64,000 nucleotides of DNA from the human T2T-CHM13v2.0 reference genome, Homo sapiens (GCF_009914755.1 NC_060925.1), one strand, 5' to 3'. Positions 1 through 13,019 are shown, counted from the stretch's first letter. The notes: generated by a model from the letters alone, not told the origin. Numbers and translations: made by a program.

Positions 1-1084
1 CTCAGAAGCCACTCCTCCCAAGTTTTCTTTATTTGCTTTTAAATTTATTCTTTGCAGAATAAATTTTCAAGCCATCTTTATCTGAAAGCATTAAATGCAG
101 TCCACTATGTTGATTGACAGCTGTTCCATCAGGAAGGTCCTACCCTCAAGGAGTTTCCACTGAGCATGAGGAAAGTCCAGTGGAAGGCCAAGAAATTTTT
201 TGGGCTAGGTAACTAAAATGAGAAGTTACCCAGTGTTTCTTCTGACTTAGGCACTCAATAAATTGGTGTTTAATAAATGAAAACATGGTATAGTCCACAC
301 TTCAGAGTCTGGCATTAGCTAGCAAAAGCGCTATATTTGAGTCCCATTCATTCGTTCATTCAGCAACATTCACTAAGCGTTTCCTACGTGCCAGACATTG
401 CTTTAGACACTTGCTATAAAGATGATTAAACGAGGTCTCTGCCTTCTGGGAACTCACAGTCCTCACTATGCAACTCACTGGCAGAGGCCATGAGTATATA
501 CATCAAGGTCTGTCTCTCAGTTGCCTTATTTGTTAAACGGGTATAGTAGAACTTCCTTTCTGGATTGTTATGAGAATTCAGGAAGATAATGGGCATGAAG
601 GTGCTTTGTAAAACTGAAAAGCAGTTTATAGAAGTATCACATAATTCCTTACATTCCCCCATTTAAAAAGGTTCTAAGAGAACAGATAACTTAGTATTAA
701 AACAAAAAAATCCCCTTTAAAGCTGTCAAAGCTATTATTAGAATGATATGGGAAAAATATATTAAAATAAAACAAGAGCAAGAATAAAACTCCTCACATT
801 TACCACTCATGAGTATATACCACAGTCATCTCTAATGTTTTTAGCAGCTGATTAAAAAAATCATCTCAGACATAGGCAACAGTTCCATGAACAGGGGACC
901 ACCTAGTAACCAAAACATTCCATTTCTTGCTTATAAGGTTTCATGCTACACCTTAGGTTTATTTTAGAATATTTTTAGCCTATGTTCTCCCTTCTTGGCC
1001 TTCCTGGTTTGCTGAATATTAAAAAGAGAAAGAATATGATTCATTGGCATTCTGAAAAAAATGAGTCCAGTAGAAGCCTTATAT

Positions 1085-1087
<3 letters not shown>

Positions 1088-1147
<60 letters not shown>
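1088..1147. repeat. (CA)~30 microsatellite
   Basis: Pure CA run. Confidence 0.98.
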
Positions 1148-1148
<1 letters not shown>

Positions 1149-1977
1149 CAGGCCCCTAATCAGGATGTCCAGTGTAGTGGGAATGAGCATGGGCTCAGGG
1201 GTCAGATTGCCTGGGATGTAATTCTGGCTGCTGTGCACTGGTAACATTACTTAACATCTCTGTGTTCTGGGTTTCTTATTCTGTAGGTATTCTCAACGTC
1301 GGTGACAATTGACAATTTAGTGCCTAGCTCAAAATTAGTTCTTCATAAATGTTACCTATTCTCTTTGTATTACCCACTTATCAACAATGTACCTATTATC
1401 CTATCTAGCAGGGATTTTTGTGTATTCACTCGACTGCCACTTGATCTTGGAGTAACAAGTTTCAGGATGCAGAACATCAGGCTACTACAGCAGCACTGGG
1501 CATTGGGTATGACAGTTTTCATCAGATTTTGCTTCTCAGTGATCTTTCACTGAACAGGGATCACTGTGACCCATTTGGGTGCAAACTTTCCTTTCTAATG
1601 TCCACAATCATACCAAATAGGAGAAATTCTTGTGAAATAGAGAACAAAGTACATTCTTGGCAAATGAATGGTGGACATTCACTTCACTTTGCTCTGGCTG
1701 CTTTCTGCAGACTCTATCAAAAACTCTGAAGGGTGTTTCTCACATTCGAGTACAAACAACCACATGGAAATTATTAAAGGGTAACATGTTAGTGGCTGCT
1801 TCTGTGTGTCACTGTCCAGGAAGAACAGAATGTACAGTGTGTGCCTTCTGATGATGCCAAGAAGAAACTCAGGTGTGTCAGTGAGGGGCCTCAGGTTTCT
1901 GCAGTAGTAGCCTCTAGCACTTTTTGATCAGGAGGGTAAAAGATAAAGGTAATATTGACAAGTAAAGAGAGAGAAGA

Positions 1978-2046
1978 TGTGTGTGTGTGTGTGTGTGTGT
2001 GTGTCTGTGTGTGCGTGTGCATGTACACGCACATGTGTGTATGTGT
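1978..2046. repeat. (TG)n microsatellite, imperfect
   Basis: TG run with interruptions. Confidence 0.95.
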
Positions 2047-2196
2047 AAATGCCTAGGCTGTTCATACTTTAAGAGAAGTTATATTCAAAATTCTTCTAGC
2101 CATTTACTTTCTTCCTCCTGGGCAGAAAGATCTCTCTCATGCTACCCAAATTAGGGTGGTCTCCCCAAGCTCTGACCTCATCCAACAATATTTCAG

Positions 2197-2319
2197 AAGA
2201 CGAAGTACCCAGAAATAAGCATTCAGTATTTTCACAGAATTCTACCTTGAGTATGTCAAAGAGGAGGTACCCAGAAGCAAGCATTCAGTATTTTCATAAG
2301 ATTTTACCTTGAATATGTC
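2197..2319. repeat. Two-copy 62-bp tandem duplication
   Basis: 2197-2257 and 2259-2319 are about 85% identical (GTACCCAGAA..AAGCATTCAGTATTTTCA..TACCTTGA.TATGTC). Confidence 0.9.
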
Positions 2320-2654
2320 TTTACGGAAGGCCTTGACTACTACCTGTAATCAATAAACATAGCTTTGGAAGCAATGTAACTCAAGCAAAGCAAAGGCAAT
2401 TTATGGTCTGTCTAGGAATTATTTTCTGGCAGCAAATAAACACATAATCGAAAAACTCTAATTAATGAAAAGTATGTTTCAGTTTAGAAAAGGTCTGTGA
2501 ACAGAAAACTGATCTAGAGAAGCAGAGAAACAGACTACTAACCCTCCAGAGTGACAAAGAAATAGGAAACACTTGAAAAGCAATATTCCTTTGGATGCTA
2601 TATTCCCAAAGTGATAGGGCTGAAGGAGGGGCCTTGCAGTAAAAGGAGCTTTAC

Positions 2655-2765
2655 CTGTGAATCCTGGTGAGCAGACACAACTGTAGCGATTAATGCCATC
2701 CATACAGATTCCATGGATACAAGGGTTACTTGCACAGTCATCAAAATTAATTTCACAATTAACCC
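2655..2765 (-). CDS. NOTCH2: NOTCH2 exon 12 (111 nt; EGF17)
   Basis: [37 protein letters not shown]. Acceptor TCCAG|GG, donor CAG|GTAAAG. Confidence 0.98.
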
Positions 2766-2891
2766 CTGGAAGAGAAAACCCAACGGAAACCATTCAATGT
2801 TACCACAGAAATACTAAGGCTTTCTGCTTGTGATGCAGCAACGTGGTAAGAAATCTAAGGTGAATTCCAGCCAACCCTGGACAGAATAAAG

Positions 2892-3560
2892 CAGAAGTTC
2901 TCAAAATGCAGTCCACAGACTCGTTCAGGAAGATACAGGAGGTCCAAAGGATTTTATTAATCATACTTAGCCATGATCTTTCCTTTTCACTGTGCTAACA
3001 TTCAAACTGATGGTGCAGAGGCAATGGGGTGAAACCGATCACATCAGCATGAATCAAGGCAGTAGAACCAGACTGTACTATAATTATTCTACTGCTCACC
3101 TCCACATGCCACAGTTAAACAAGCAAAAACGCCAGTTTCACTCAAGAGTGGCTTTGTTGGAAGTTAAAATTAGTAACTTTATAATTTTAATAAATCTCGA
3201 ACCTTGAGTAATGTCTACTACTCCATGTGATGAAATGGAAGTATACATAAAGCATTTCTGTGGCATGCCAAGTATGAGAGTTGTCTCCAGGAAGAGCTAT
3301 AATGCTATTGTTTGAGCTGTGAGTTGAAATAGCTGCTTTCTTCATGAAACCCCATTTTAATTGAAAGAGCAACTGACAGGCAAACCAGGGTTAATCAGAA
3401 TTGAGTATTTAGCAAATATTAAGTGAAAGCAGCAAACCTGTCATTTTGAGGAAAAGCAAATTGACAGTATTTTTGCCAAAGATAAAACTTAAGCTTTCAA
3501 ATCAAAATTAGGATTTTGGAATTTGTATCTATCACTGTGAGCTTGACACTGCCTGTCAGT
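2892..3560 (+). mobile_element. hAT-Charlie DNA transposon fossil with degenerate transposase remnant
   Basis: Starts CAGAAGTTCTCAAAATG (Charlie-type end). Internal TTGTTTGAGCTGTGAGTTGAAATAGCTGCTTTCTTCATG and GAGTATTTAGCAAATATT resemble the Charlie transposase LFELR..YLADIF region. Confidence 0.55.
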
Positions 3561-3685
3561 ATTGTAGGCTAAATTTCAGGATAAATCTTGAGTCTAGTAA
3601 CTTCCTCCTGAGGTAAGCTGCCTTATTTTTGCTCTACTGCCCAGATGAATGGAAGAGTTTGGTTATATTAACAGTATACAATCAT

Positions 3686-3774
3686 TATTGTTACCATTAT
3701 TTGTAAAGAGATATTTGTGAAATATATTTGTAATATATTTCACAAATATCTCTTTACAAATAATGGTAACAATA
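3686..3774. repeat. Perfect inverted repeat, 43-bp arms, 3-nt spacer
   Basis: 3686-3728 is the exact reverse complement of 3732-3774; the spacer is TGT. Confidence 0.97.
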
Positions 3775-3931
3775 TTTACTTTTTATTTTTGTATGAATTT
3801 AGTGATGCTTTCTGAGTATCACAGAATAATATTTTGGTAGTTTAAAAAGACTAAAAATAAAAACTGGTAATGAGAATATAAGAAAACAAAACATCCAGGA
3901 TAAAATGCCATACTTGTGATTCACTCATACT

Positions 3932-4225
3932 TTGTTTTTCTTTCTTTTTTTTCAGAGATAGGGTCCTGATCTGTCACCCAGACTGGAGAGCAATGACACG
4001 AGCACAGCTCCCTGCAACCTCAATATCCCTGACTCAAGCTATCCCCCCACCTCAGCCTCCCGATTACAGGTGTGTACCACCTTACCTGGCTAATTTTTAT
4101 TTATTTTTTGTAGGGACGAGGTTTTGCTATGTTGCCCAGGCTGGTCTCAAACTCCCAGGCGCAAGCAATCGTCCCACCTCGGCCTCCCAAAATGTTGAGA
4201 TTACAGGTATGAGCCACTGTGCCCA
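3932..4225 (-). mobile_element. Alu (AluJ-like, diverged)
   Basis: PolyT followed by GAGATAGGGTC..CTGTCACCCAG..GCCTCCCAAAATGTTGAGATTACAGG..GAGCCACTGTGCCC. Confidence 0.9.
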
Positions 4226-6410
4226 TACTCTGCAATAATGTTTATTAATAATAATTACAGAGGAACAGTTTATTGAGTTCTATGAGCAAAGTACGCTGCT
4301 TTGCCTGTCATGTAAGTTTTCTCTAACCCTGTCACCCACCCTGCACATTAGTCTGTGTTACACCCATTTTACAGACAACAGGGCTGACCTGCACAGTGCC
4401 ACCATTAGGGCAGGAAAGCTGGGCTCTGAACCCTGTTTGTGTGGCTCCACAGCATCCTCTTTCCACCACACTGTACTGTCATCCCATGATTAATGAGGCT
4501 ATACTGCCTAATTAGCCATAAATGAGGGAAAGATTTCCATATTCCCTGCAGAGGAGTGGATACCTTTAGGAGATGTTTCTAACCCTTGACTGACAACCCT
4601 GCTTTACCCTCAAACTAAGAAGGCAGCACCCCCTCCCAATGAAGCCCTGATGATCCAATGTGACTCCAGCCCCCTGTCCATGGTTTATTTGAGTAGGAAA
4701 AGATGCCTGGATCAAGCCAGGCCAATGAGATTCTCTCATTACAACACTGAAACACAGACTGTGTGACCTCTGGTCTACAAATGCCCAGTTTCCTATTCTT
4801 TTCTCCAAAGCCTTATTATTCAATTGCTTGGAATCTATAAGAGGCTCTGGGTGCTTTCGCTAAGCTCTTTCTGTTTCTTTGTTTTGTTGTTGTTTATTTT
4901 TTGTAAATGATGACTTAAACTAGCTCAAGTTGGTCTGTTACTTGAAACACAAAGAAACTTACTTAAAACTTTACTATCATAAAAGCACAGATGAGAGAAC
5001 GCACTGAAGGTAACTCTGGGTAGTATATCTCACTTTAAGTACCCAGTGAGTGACTACCACAATTTTAGCTGACAAACTGTAAAATATTTCTTCCATCCAC
5101 TCCCCTATCCAAACACCAAACTACCAACTTAGGCCATATAAGTGGAACAGGAATTCTTACTCTAGAACTTCAGACTCTATTCATAATGCCTCTTTTAATG
5201 GATTTTCCACCCAGGTCCCTGATACATGCCAGGTCTTTCTCCACCCATTACAGATCAACATTTTTTTAATGTTGTCTGACCGTTGCTTGCTTTAATTCTC
5301 CAAATAACTGCAGGAACATCTTTGGCAGGTTCTGACAGATTCCGGGCCTTCCTTTCCATGCTGCCTACAGATCACTCATATTGACTTCTCACCTTCTCAG
5401 TGACAGCTACTTATACCATACCCTCTCTGTCCTCCCCAGAAAACACCTGATATATCCTGGTATAATGATATAATGCCAGAGAAAACAAAGTGCTTGCCAA
5501 CCCACCACTCACCCAGGTTTCCAGTATGTTTATTATGATGGGAATGATAGCAAAGTCTAAAGCCCCTCGATTCTAAAGACATCCAGTCAATTGCTTGTAA
5601 ATCTCTCAAATTTCTTTTCCTACTGTAATTTCTCATGTCTGAGGAACAGCCCGGAAGCAAATTGCTTTTGGAAGTTTTCACAAAGATCTATTCAGCCCTT
5701 TTAGTGAGTTATCTAAATGTGGGGAGGGAAAGGCATTTTCAGCTGTGACGGCATGGGATGTTTTTCGTATGCTTGAGCAATTCAAAAAGGACTTTGTTTT
5801 CAAACTTGGCATGTATGAAGCCTTGGGTAAAGACCAGAGCCTTTGACAAATTTGAAGAAATGGATTTGGAAACAGTAAAAGAAAATGAGGGTAGCTAACT
5901 ACCCTCTCCACCTCTGCTCTCTACATAGGTCATTTTCCTTACATCCAGAATGAGTTCTCAATAAATCACTCCTTTATATTGGCAGGTTTCCTTCTAACAA
6001 AGGCACACATTGGTTAATCTTCCACTAATACATTTTCCTTTGATCTGGAACATAGTACATCTCTGTCCACTAACCATAGTTGTGACCATAATCATTCATC
6101 TAATAAGTAAAACAGAACCATCCAAACCTGTGAGATGCTGCTGCCTGAGAAAATAATTCCACATCCCCCCAGAAAGGAGCAGCATGTCCTCACGACCAAC
6201 AAGGAGTCATTCAACCAAGGTCAGAGAACAATGATGAACTCCGAGGATAGGAAATGACAGCTCTGCGTTCTACTTTAGTTACTGTGGTGTGTTGTAAGGT
6301 ATCTCCTCTTCCTTAGAATCCCCCAAGATGGCTAAGGCCCCACCAGAGACAAGTGACTGAAGAAACATGTCACAATAAAGAGACTGAACTGTGAAAGAGA
6401 AAATACATTA

Positions 6411-6486
6411 AAGGAAGGGAAGAAGGGAAGAAGGAAGGTAGGTAGGAAGGAAGGAAGGAAGGAAGGAAGGAAGGAAGGAAGGAAGG
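6411..6486. repeat. GGAA microsatellite ((GGAA)10 pure core 6445-6484)
   Basis: Directly visible. Confidence 0.96.
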
Positions 6487-6848
6487 ACTGAATTTATTAA
6501 TCTGGGTGGGGTGGAACTTAAAGAAAAAAAGATAATATAGCCACAAAAAAGAGGGTTTTCAATTTTAAATCATTAATTTTAATTTTTGAAGTGGTATGCC
6601 TCTATTTAACAAAACACACACAAACACACACACAAAATCATCAGATTCGCAGAGCTATTGTCTCTGACTTCTCCACTGGCTAGGGCCATTTGCCTTGAGA
6701 CATTTATGTTTGTGGCTTTGGCTGTGCTTCTCAGAATCAGGACTGTTTTTTAGGTATCTGAGCATATGCCAACAGTCTGAAACATCTGTGTAAACAGATT
6801 TGAGAAACAGTGAAAACCCCATACCAAACATAAACAGAGTGGGCTTAC

Positions 6849-7082
6849 CTGACGTGCCTGGCTGGCAGTTGCACTGGTAGCCATTGACCAGGTCAATGCA
6901 GCGACCATCGTTCAGGCAAGGGCTGCTGTAACATTCATCAATCTGGTCACTGCAGATGGCGCCCATGTACCCGGGATTGCAGATGCAGGTGTAGGAATCA
7001 ATACCATCCTGACACTGACCATGGTGGCAAGGATCGGGGTCACAGTTGTCAATGTTCTCCTCACACAACACACCAGTGAAAC
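6849..7082 (-). CDS. NOTCH2: NOTCH2 exon 11 (234 nt; EGF15-16)
   Basis: [19 protein letters not shown]...CNCQPGTS. Acceptor CCAAAG|GT, donor CAG|GTAAGC. Confidence 0.98.
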
Positions 7083-8727
7083 CTTTGGAAAGAATTTTAT
7101 CAAGGATTCTCAAAGACCAAGGCAGATATTCCACACCAGAACACAAGTGTAGCTACATCCATTTACTCTACACATTCGATGTGTGGTCAATTAATACTGC
7201 AGGTCTTGAGCAGTAGAAAACGACGATCTGCATTGATTTAGAAAGTATGCCTGGAGAGAGGTGCTTAAAATAAAGATTTCCAAATCAAATTTTAGAATTG
7301 AAATACCTTCGCAACTGATCAATAATTTCATTGCAGAGATGCTTTAACTGCACCTTCATTTCTTACTAGGCTTCAGGTATAACAGCTCAAAATATTTTTC
7401 CTTTATATATTTATCTTTGTATTTCTTTCTTCCCAAGTCCAATATACAGGTTAATGATTTCATGTATCTTATGTCCCCAATTCTGACTTTGGAGGTAAGA
7501 GAGCTTTATTTTACTTCTCTCAACTCCTCTGAGAGTAGTATGCATATATAGTAGTTTTAAATAAATACTGGTTGAATAAAATGAATGAACCTGTTATGAG
7601 AATTTAAAAGAAAAAGAGACAAGTAAGATTTCCTTTCTTCGAGGTGTAAATAGACAAACATTATATCTTTCCCTAAAAGACTCCAGGAGTCCTCCCCCCA
7701 CTTTTAAACCTGAGCTAAAGGTTTTTAATCTCTTTGAAACTTATCCTCTACAAGAAGAATCTGGCCAGGGGAAGACAAAATCTGGATTCTCTGACAAGCA
7801 TTAACTATTTGCAAAAAGAAAGAAAGTGGCTCATCTGAGTTGTCCTAAACTAAGTAGGTCTAATAATTAAAATATTAACTTTTTGTATTAATTTTCACAA
7901 TTAAATTTGCTTTTCTGTGATCAGAAATAAATTATATGCATGATGCCTTTAATCTTTAAGACTCCATTCTCTAAAATTAATGTCTTGAATTACATAAATA
8001 ACTTCTTTCTCAAGCAGTCAGATAATAAAGAAGTTCACTTCTAATAATTTCTAGCCTTTCTGTATAATATTTGCCTGTGTAAAAGGAAATGTGTAATAGG
8101 GAACATCTGGCTTACTGAAATCCAATCCCAAGTACAAAATGTGATTACAAACCCAGAAATGCAGAATATTTGTGCACAGATCGTTTTTGACTCTAGTTGC
8201 AGAAGTCAGCAAAGAGGACCCAAACTTTCCCAGTGAGAGCTCTCTCTCCTGTCATTTACACACTTGACTCTCAATCCTATTTTGGTGTCTTTTATGCAGA
8301 ATACCCCTGCACTTGTACACATTCAGCCTTTAAATTTCTGGGCCTTCTTTCAGTCACTTGCTTCAAGAAACACAGAGCCAGGCCTCCTGCTGAGAAGCCC
8401 CAGTGAAAAATAGCTTTCAACTGGATTTCTTCTCTTTCCTAAATGAGTCAATCTAGCCAGCTGGAAACTTACTGCTGCCAAAATCTGTCCCAGAAAGACA
8501 TGGATACCAAATGGAAATATCTGGGCCAGACCACTGTTGTGGTGGAGGAGGCAGGTGCTGCAGAAAAAGAGAGCAGCAAAAAATTTGTTAGAAACAGCTC
8601 TTCCTAAACACAGAGGAGCCTCTGGGAGTGGACTGGCCTGGCACAGCAGCTAGCAGAGGACAGGGACAATCACCCTATTTTGTTCAGATGGACCTACCAA
8701 GGAGATGAAAAGTGAGAAGAATCTTAC

Positions 8728-8841
8728 CTGTGGCACACTGGCATTCATAGCCATTCGGGTGATCGATACACTTTGCCCCATTCAGACACGGAGTACTGGA
8801 ACAGTCATCAATATCAATCTGGCAAACTGGCCCAGTGAAAC
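8728..8841 (-). CDS. NOTCH2: NOTCH2 exon 10 (114 nt; EGF14); not in the ORF track
   Basis: Manual translation [38 protein letters not shown]. Acceptor TTTGAG|GT, donor CAG|GTAAGA. Confidence 0.97.
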
Positions 8842-9650
8842 CTCAAAAAGGGACAGTGGTAACATGAGTCAAAGGATTATCTTGTGTCTCCCTTTACCAT
8901 GAGAATGATGTTAGGTTACTAGCAGGGCTTATACCAATGGGTCAATAAGCCTATGCTTTATTATTCTCCCCAACAGGTAACTGGAATAACCAGGTGACAC
9001 TCAGGGAATCAGAGGCACTTGTGGTGTGTCTCTACCATTGCTTCTTCACAGACAGACTTCACTTCTAAATGAAGGATGTAGGAAGTGAAATTTATAGGTG
9101 GAACCTCAAACAAGTAACTGTAGCTTCAGAGGCAACAGAAACCTTCTCTCTGAAGATACAATGGGGTAAGATGCAATCTATGGAGGACAATTTGGCATAT
9201 CTTCAAAAATAGCTTGAGGAAAAAAAAGGAGAGACAGAGAATCTTGGAAAAATTGGCATGTGTTGTCTGTTTCTGAACTCATGGGTGAAATGTCTAAAAA
9301 TAACAGTCTCACAGAGGGCCTTCAAGAATATGACCCATGGGAAAAAAATAAAATCCCGAATAGCCTACAACTAAGGCTTCTGTGAGGTATGAGCATTCTG
9401 AAATATATACACAGACGAAGAGGTCATGGGCCATTCAAGAATAGACTTGGACTTTTGGCCACAAAGGACTTGTAAGATATAGTAGCTAAAACAAATTCTC
9501 TATTTCTGTACACACACACTCCTATCACCAAGCACTTACTCTAATGATTTCCTCATGCACAGCCCACACACATTCTCTCCCTGCTCTCTTCCCTGTGGTC
9601 AGTTGGCTTTGTGCTTTAAGAGAAAACAGGGCCAGGTCGTGGGCACTTAC

Positions 9651-9764
9651 CAGGAGGACACAGGCACTGGAAACGATTGACTTTATCCACACACTGCCCA
9701 TTGTTCACACAAGGGTTGCTCTGACATTCATTTATTTCTAATTCACAATGCACACCTTTGAAAC
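9651..9764 (-). CDS. NOTCH2: NOTCH2 exon 9 (114 nt; EGF13)
   Basis: [19 protein letters not shown]...CLCPP. Acceptor TTTAG|GT, donor CTG|GTAAGT. Confidence 0.98.
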
Positions 9765-10707
9765 CTAAACAAAACAGACCACACAAGTGGCTTAAAGAGA
9801 GAGAAAGGTGTATTCCAGACAAGGAAGCACAAATTTGCAATGATAACTACATCCTTTGCGAGTACACACATTTCTGCAGAGAAAAAAGGAACTCTGCCAT
9901 GATGAGAAATAGTCACTCCAAGTGTCAAGCAGGACAGGGCATACTGTGAAATACCCATGTCACTGTGAAAAGCGGGAAGGGATTACATTAAAAGACATTG
10001 GCAAGACCTAGCATATAAACAAGGACTGCTCCACATTTTCTGTGATAAATCCATACTTTCTGGACTGTGGAAGGCCCAAAATGTCCCCACTCTATGTTCC
10101 TAAAGACAAGCTGAGCTGGAGCTGTTGTTGCCTTCAGGGTGCAGTTCAAGGTCAGCAGTGCCTTTCAAGGCTGGAGTGGCCGGCAGCCTTAATCAGGCAG
10201 AGCAGCCAATGTTAGCCATCATTTCAAGCTGGATTTGGCTGTATCCTCTCAAAATTAAAGACATGGTCTATGCAGAAGAGCTCCAGAATACAACTAAACA
10301 TGTACTGCACTTTAGATAAATGGAAACTTCCTATATAATTGTGGATAAAATTTATTTATATAAATGGAATGGTATGGTATTTGTAATTACATGAAGGTAT
10401 CAGGAAAACTTGCTATTTAAAGGATTCTTACAGTAAATCATTTTTGAAATTTTCTATTACATGTGGATTTTGATATAACAGGCTTGTTTAATTTGGTCTA
10501 CATAGCTTGATGAATTCTAGCACTGCCTTACTCTTTGAGTAAGGAAGGTTTGCTTGTGAACCCTGACTTCCTCTAGTCCCCAGTCAGCAAAGGAAATCAA
10601 ATGCTGACAGAGCTCATCAGACTGCAATAGTATACTGAATGCTCTACCAAGAGAAGTTCAGAACAGTCCCTCCTCTCTAGACCCAACATGCTGATGGGCC
10701 CATTTAC

Positions 10708-10896
10708 CTGGCATGCACAGACATGTGAAGCCTCCAATCTTATCCAGACAGGTAGCATCATTCTGGCAGGGGTCTGAATGGCACTCATTGATGTCCATCT
10801 CACAACGAGGTCCTGCATAACCCTTCAGACACTCACAGTGGAAGGCGCCATCCGTGTTCACACATTTTCCTGCATGCTCACAAGGATTGCTATTGG
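10708..10896 (-). CDS. NOTCH2: NOTCH2 exon 8 (189 nt; EGF11-12, core ligand-binding repeats)
   Basis: [12 protein letters not shown]...[29 protein letters not shown]. Contains O-glucose (C-x-S-x-P-C, CHSDPC) and O-fucose (C-x4-T-C, CQNDATC) consensus sites. Acceptor TTCAG|CC, donor CAG|GTAAAT. Confidence 0.98.
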
Positions 10897-11351
10897 CTGA
10901 AAGACACAAGTACCAATTACTGGGATCAAAGCAGTTGAGTTTCCACAAATGTGAACAATAGAAGAGCATCTGATGGTTATAGCATCAGGGCCAGGCCTTC
11001 AATAATATCATTCCCAATTTTCTATTTTTTTTTCCTTAATTTAAAAAGAAATAAAAGCGGAGTATCCTCAACTGTTATGCATTTCTGCTATTGCAGTTTC
11101 TGCCCAAACTGTCATTGAGGTAGGGCTTTATATTAAGAATCAAGTACATACGTTTCATACAGTTAATCCCCAGAATGGAATATATGGTTATGGCTATGCT
11201 GAAAGGTCACTTGTAAACACTGGCCATGTAGCAAGAGTAATCTGAGGTTTGGGTGTATGTAATTTGCTTCTACAGTAAAATGTGCTTCAGTTTAAACATT
11301 TGCTGAGCTCAACAGACACTTCACAGAACAGAAAAAGTTCTGCTTACTCAC

Positions 11352-11507
11352 CCATGGCACATTCATCCACATCTTCTGTGCAGTCAGCCCCTTTGTAGCC
11401 TTGTGGGCAGGTGCAAATATATTGCCCATTTAGGGGGTTGGTGTCACACAGTGCCCCCTTGTGGCAAGGATTGCTGATGCATGCATCATCCAGATGACAC
11501 AGGAGAC
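11352..11507 (-). CDS. NOTCH2: NOTCH2 exon 7 (156 nt; EGF10 and start of EGF11)
   Basis: [15 protein letters not shown]...[10 protein letters not shown]. Acceptor ACAG|GT, donor TGG|GTGAGT. Confidence 0.98.
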
Positions 11508-11808
11508 CTGTCACAGGGTGGGGCAAAGGACAACTAAGAGAAAATGTCTCTCACTTGGGGAAGAGCTTTCTCTTTCACCCAGGAGGGAAAACCTCATGAT
11601 CAGTTCCTCAGAATCCAACATGGAGATTTATACGCAACTTCTGCTTTGCCTGACCCTACCTTGGGGACATGCTTGGCCACCAGCAAAGCACCTAGATGCA
11701 ACCCTAGACTCTGACCCTGAGCTCTCAGCTAGACCTCTCCTCCAGGACAGAGACATCTACAGGCCAGAAGATAAGAAGACGGAGACAGGAAAGTGGAGCT
11801 ATCTTCCA

Positions 11809-11930
11809 GATAGTGTGCCAGATTTAGCAAATAAAATAGAGGATGTCCAGTTGAATTTTAGATAAACAAGAAGTAATTTTTAGTATGTCTCAAATATTCC
11901 ATACATCCTATATTTTATCCGGAATCCTAC
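11809..11930. mobile_element. MER53-like hAT MITE
   Basis: TGCCAGATTTAGCAAATAAAATAGAGGATGTCCAGTTGAATTTTAGATAAACAA...ATCCTATATTTTATCCGGAA, with degenerate inverted ends. Confidence 0.55.
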
Positions 11931-12785
11931 TTCCCCAATATTATGCTACCTGATGATCATGGGGCCACCTGAACACCATCAGCCTCTACTAGAGTAATCT
12001 TTTAATAGCATCAACATTCCTGATTCAGGTGGCCCCAGGTCTCTGAAGATATTACTAGGCTTCCTGTTTTATATAGTTCACATGGGAACTGGATTTTCCA
12101 GTCTGCAATTAACTTAAGAAGAGGTAACTAAAGCTTCTTCCACAAAGCTGGAGCTAGAGCTTTTGGAAAGGCCTCCATGAAAGAACATTTCAAAACTGCT
12201 GGGCAGAAAGTTCTCCCAGCTAAATTATCTTCTCCCATCACCTTCCTCCTTACATTGCTCTCCTTCTCCTAGAACTAGTAGTTGTTAAATTGAGAGGCTA
12301 GAGCAATGTTAACTTTGTAGCATGTAAAAATCTTCCCTGAGGGGAATATTTTCATAGACATTGAGGGTTAGAAGGCACTTAAATGTTTCTCTCCTGCCAA
12401 CTTCTTCTGAGTAAATAGATGGTTTCTTCTTAAAATGAAGCCTGTGGATCCATTTATTAGCCATTTTATCTTAATAGCTGAGGTGCTTTTCAGTCTAAGA
12501 TCTTAAGGACTTCAGCAGATGTTCCAAAGACAATAGTTACTAACTTTCCTTTTTTGGAATGAAAAACTAAAGTATGTAGAGTTGAGAAGAGAGCCTAAAG
12601 TCCTAAAGAGGAAGATTATCTTCATAGCACTTTGGCTAGCAGGTTACATTTCTGGAACAGTCCTGAGTGATATGTTCCCATAGATGGTAACTCAAAGAAT
12701 ATGCTGTTTGGGATGAAAGAGAAGGCAGAGTCCTGAATGCCCCCTGCCCCTTCCCCGTTTCTAGATCCGTCCTTCTGCTACCTAC

Positions 12786-13019
12786 CTGCCTTCCCCTCTG
12801 GGCACATGCAAGAGAAGGAGGCCACACGGTCGATGCAGGTGGAGCCTGGAGTACAGGAGGCGAAGGCACAATCATCAATGTTCTCACTGCAGTCATCTCC
12901 ACTCCAGCCGTTGACACATACACAGCCATAGCCTCCATTGCGGTTGGCACAGGTGCCCCCATTTTGACAGGCATTGGGCTGCAGCAGGCATTCATCCACA
13001 TCCTCTGTGCAGAACTGTC
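12786..13019 (-). CDS. NOTCH2: NOTCH2 exon 6 (234 nt; EGF8-9)
   Basis: [18 protein letters not shown]...CMCPEGKA. Acceptor AAAG|GA, donor CAG|GTAGGT. Confidence 0.98.

Noticed and set aside
12776-12786. Tandem donor GTAGGTAG at exon 6 (+4 shift)
   Set aside because: The downstream site TAG|GTAGCA is weak and would frameshift; this is common splicing noise.
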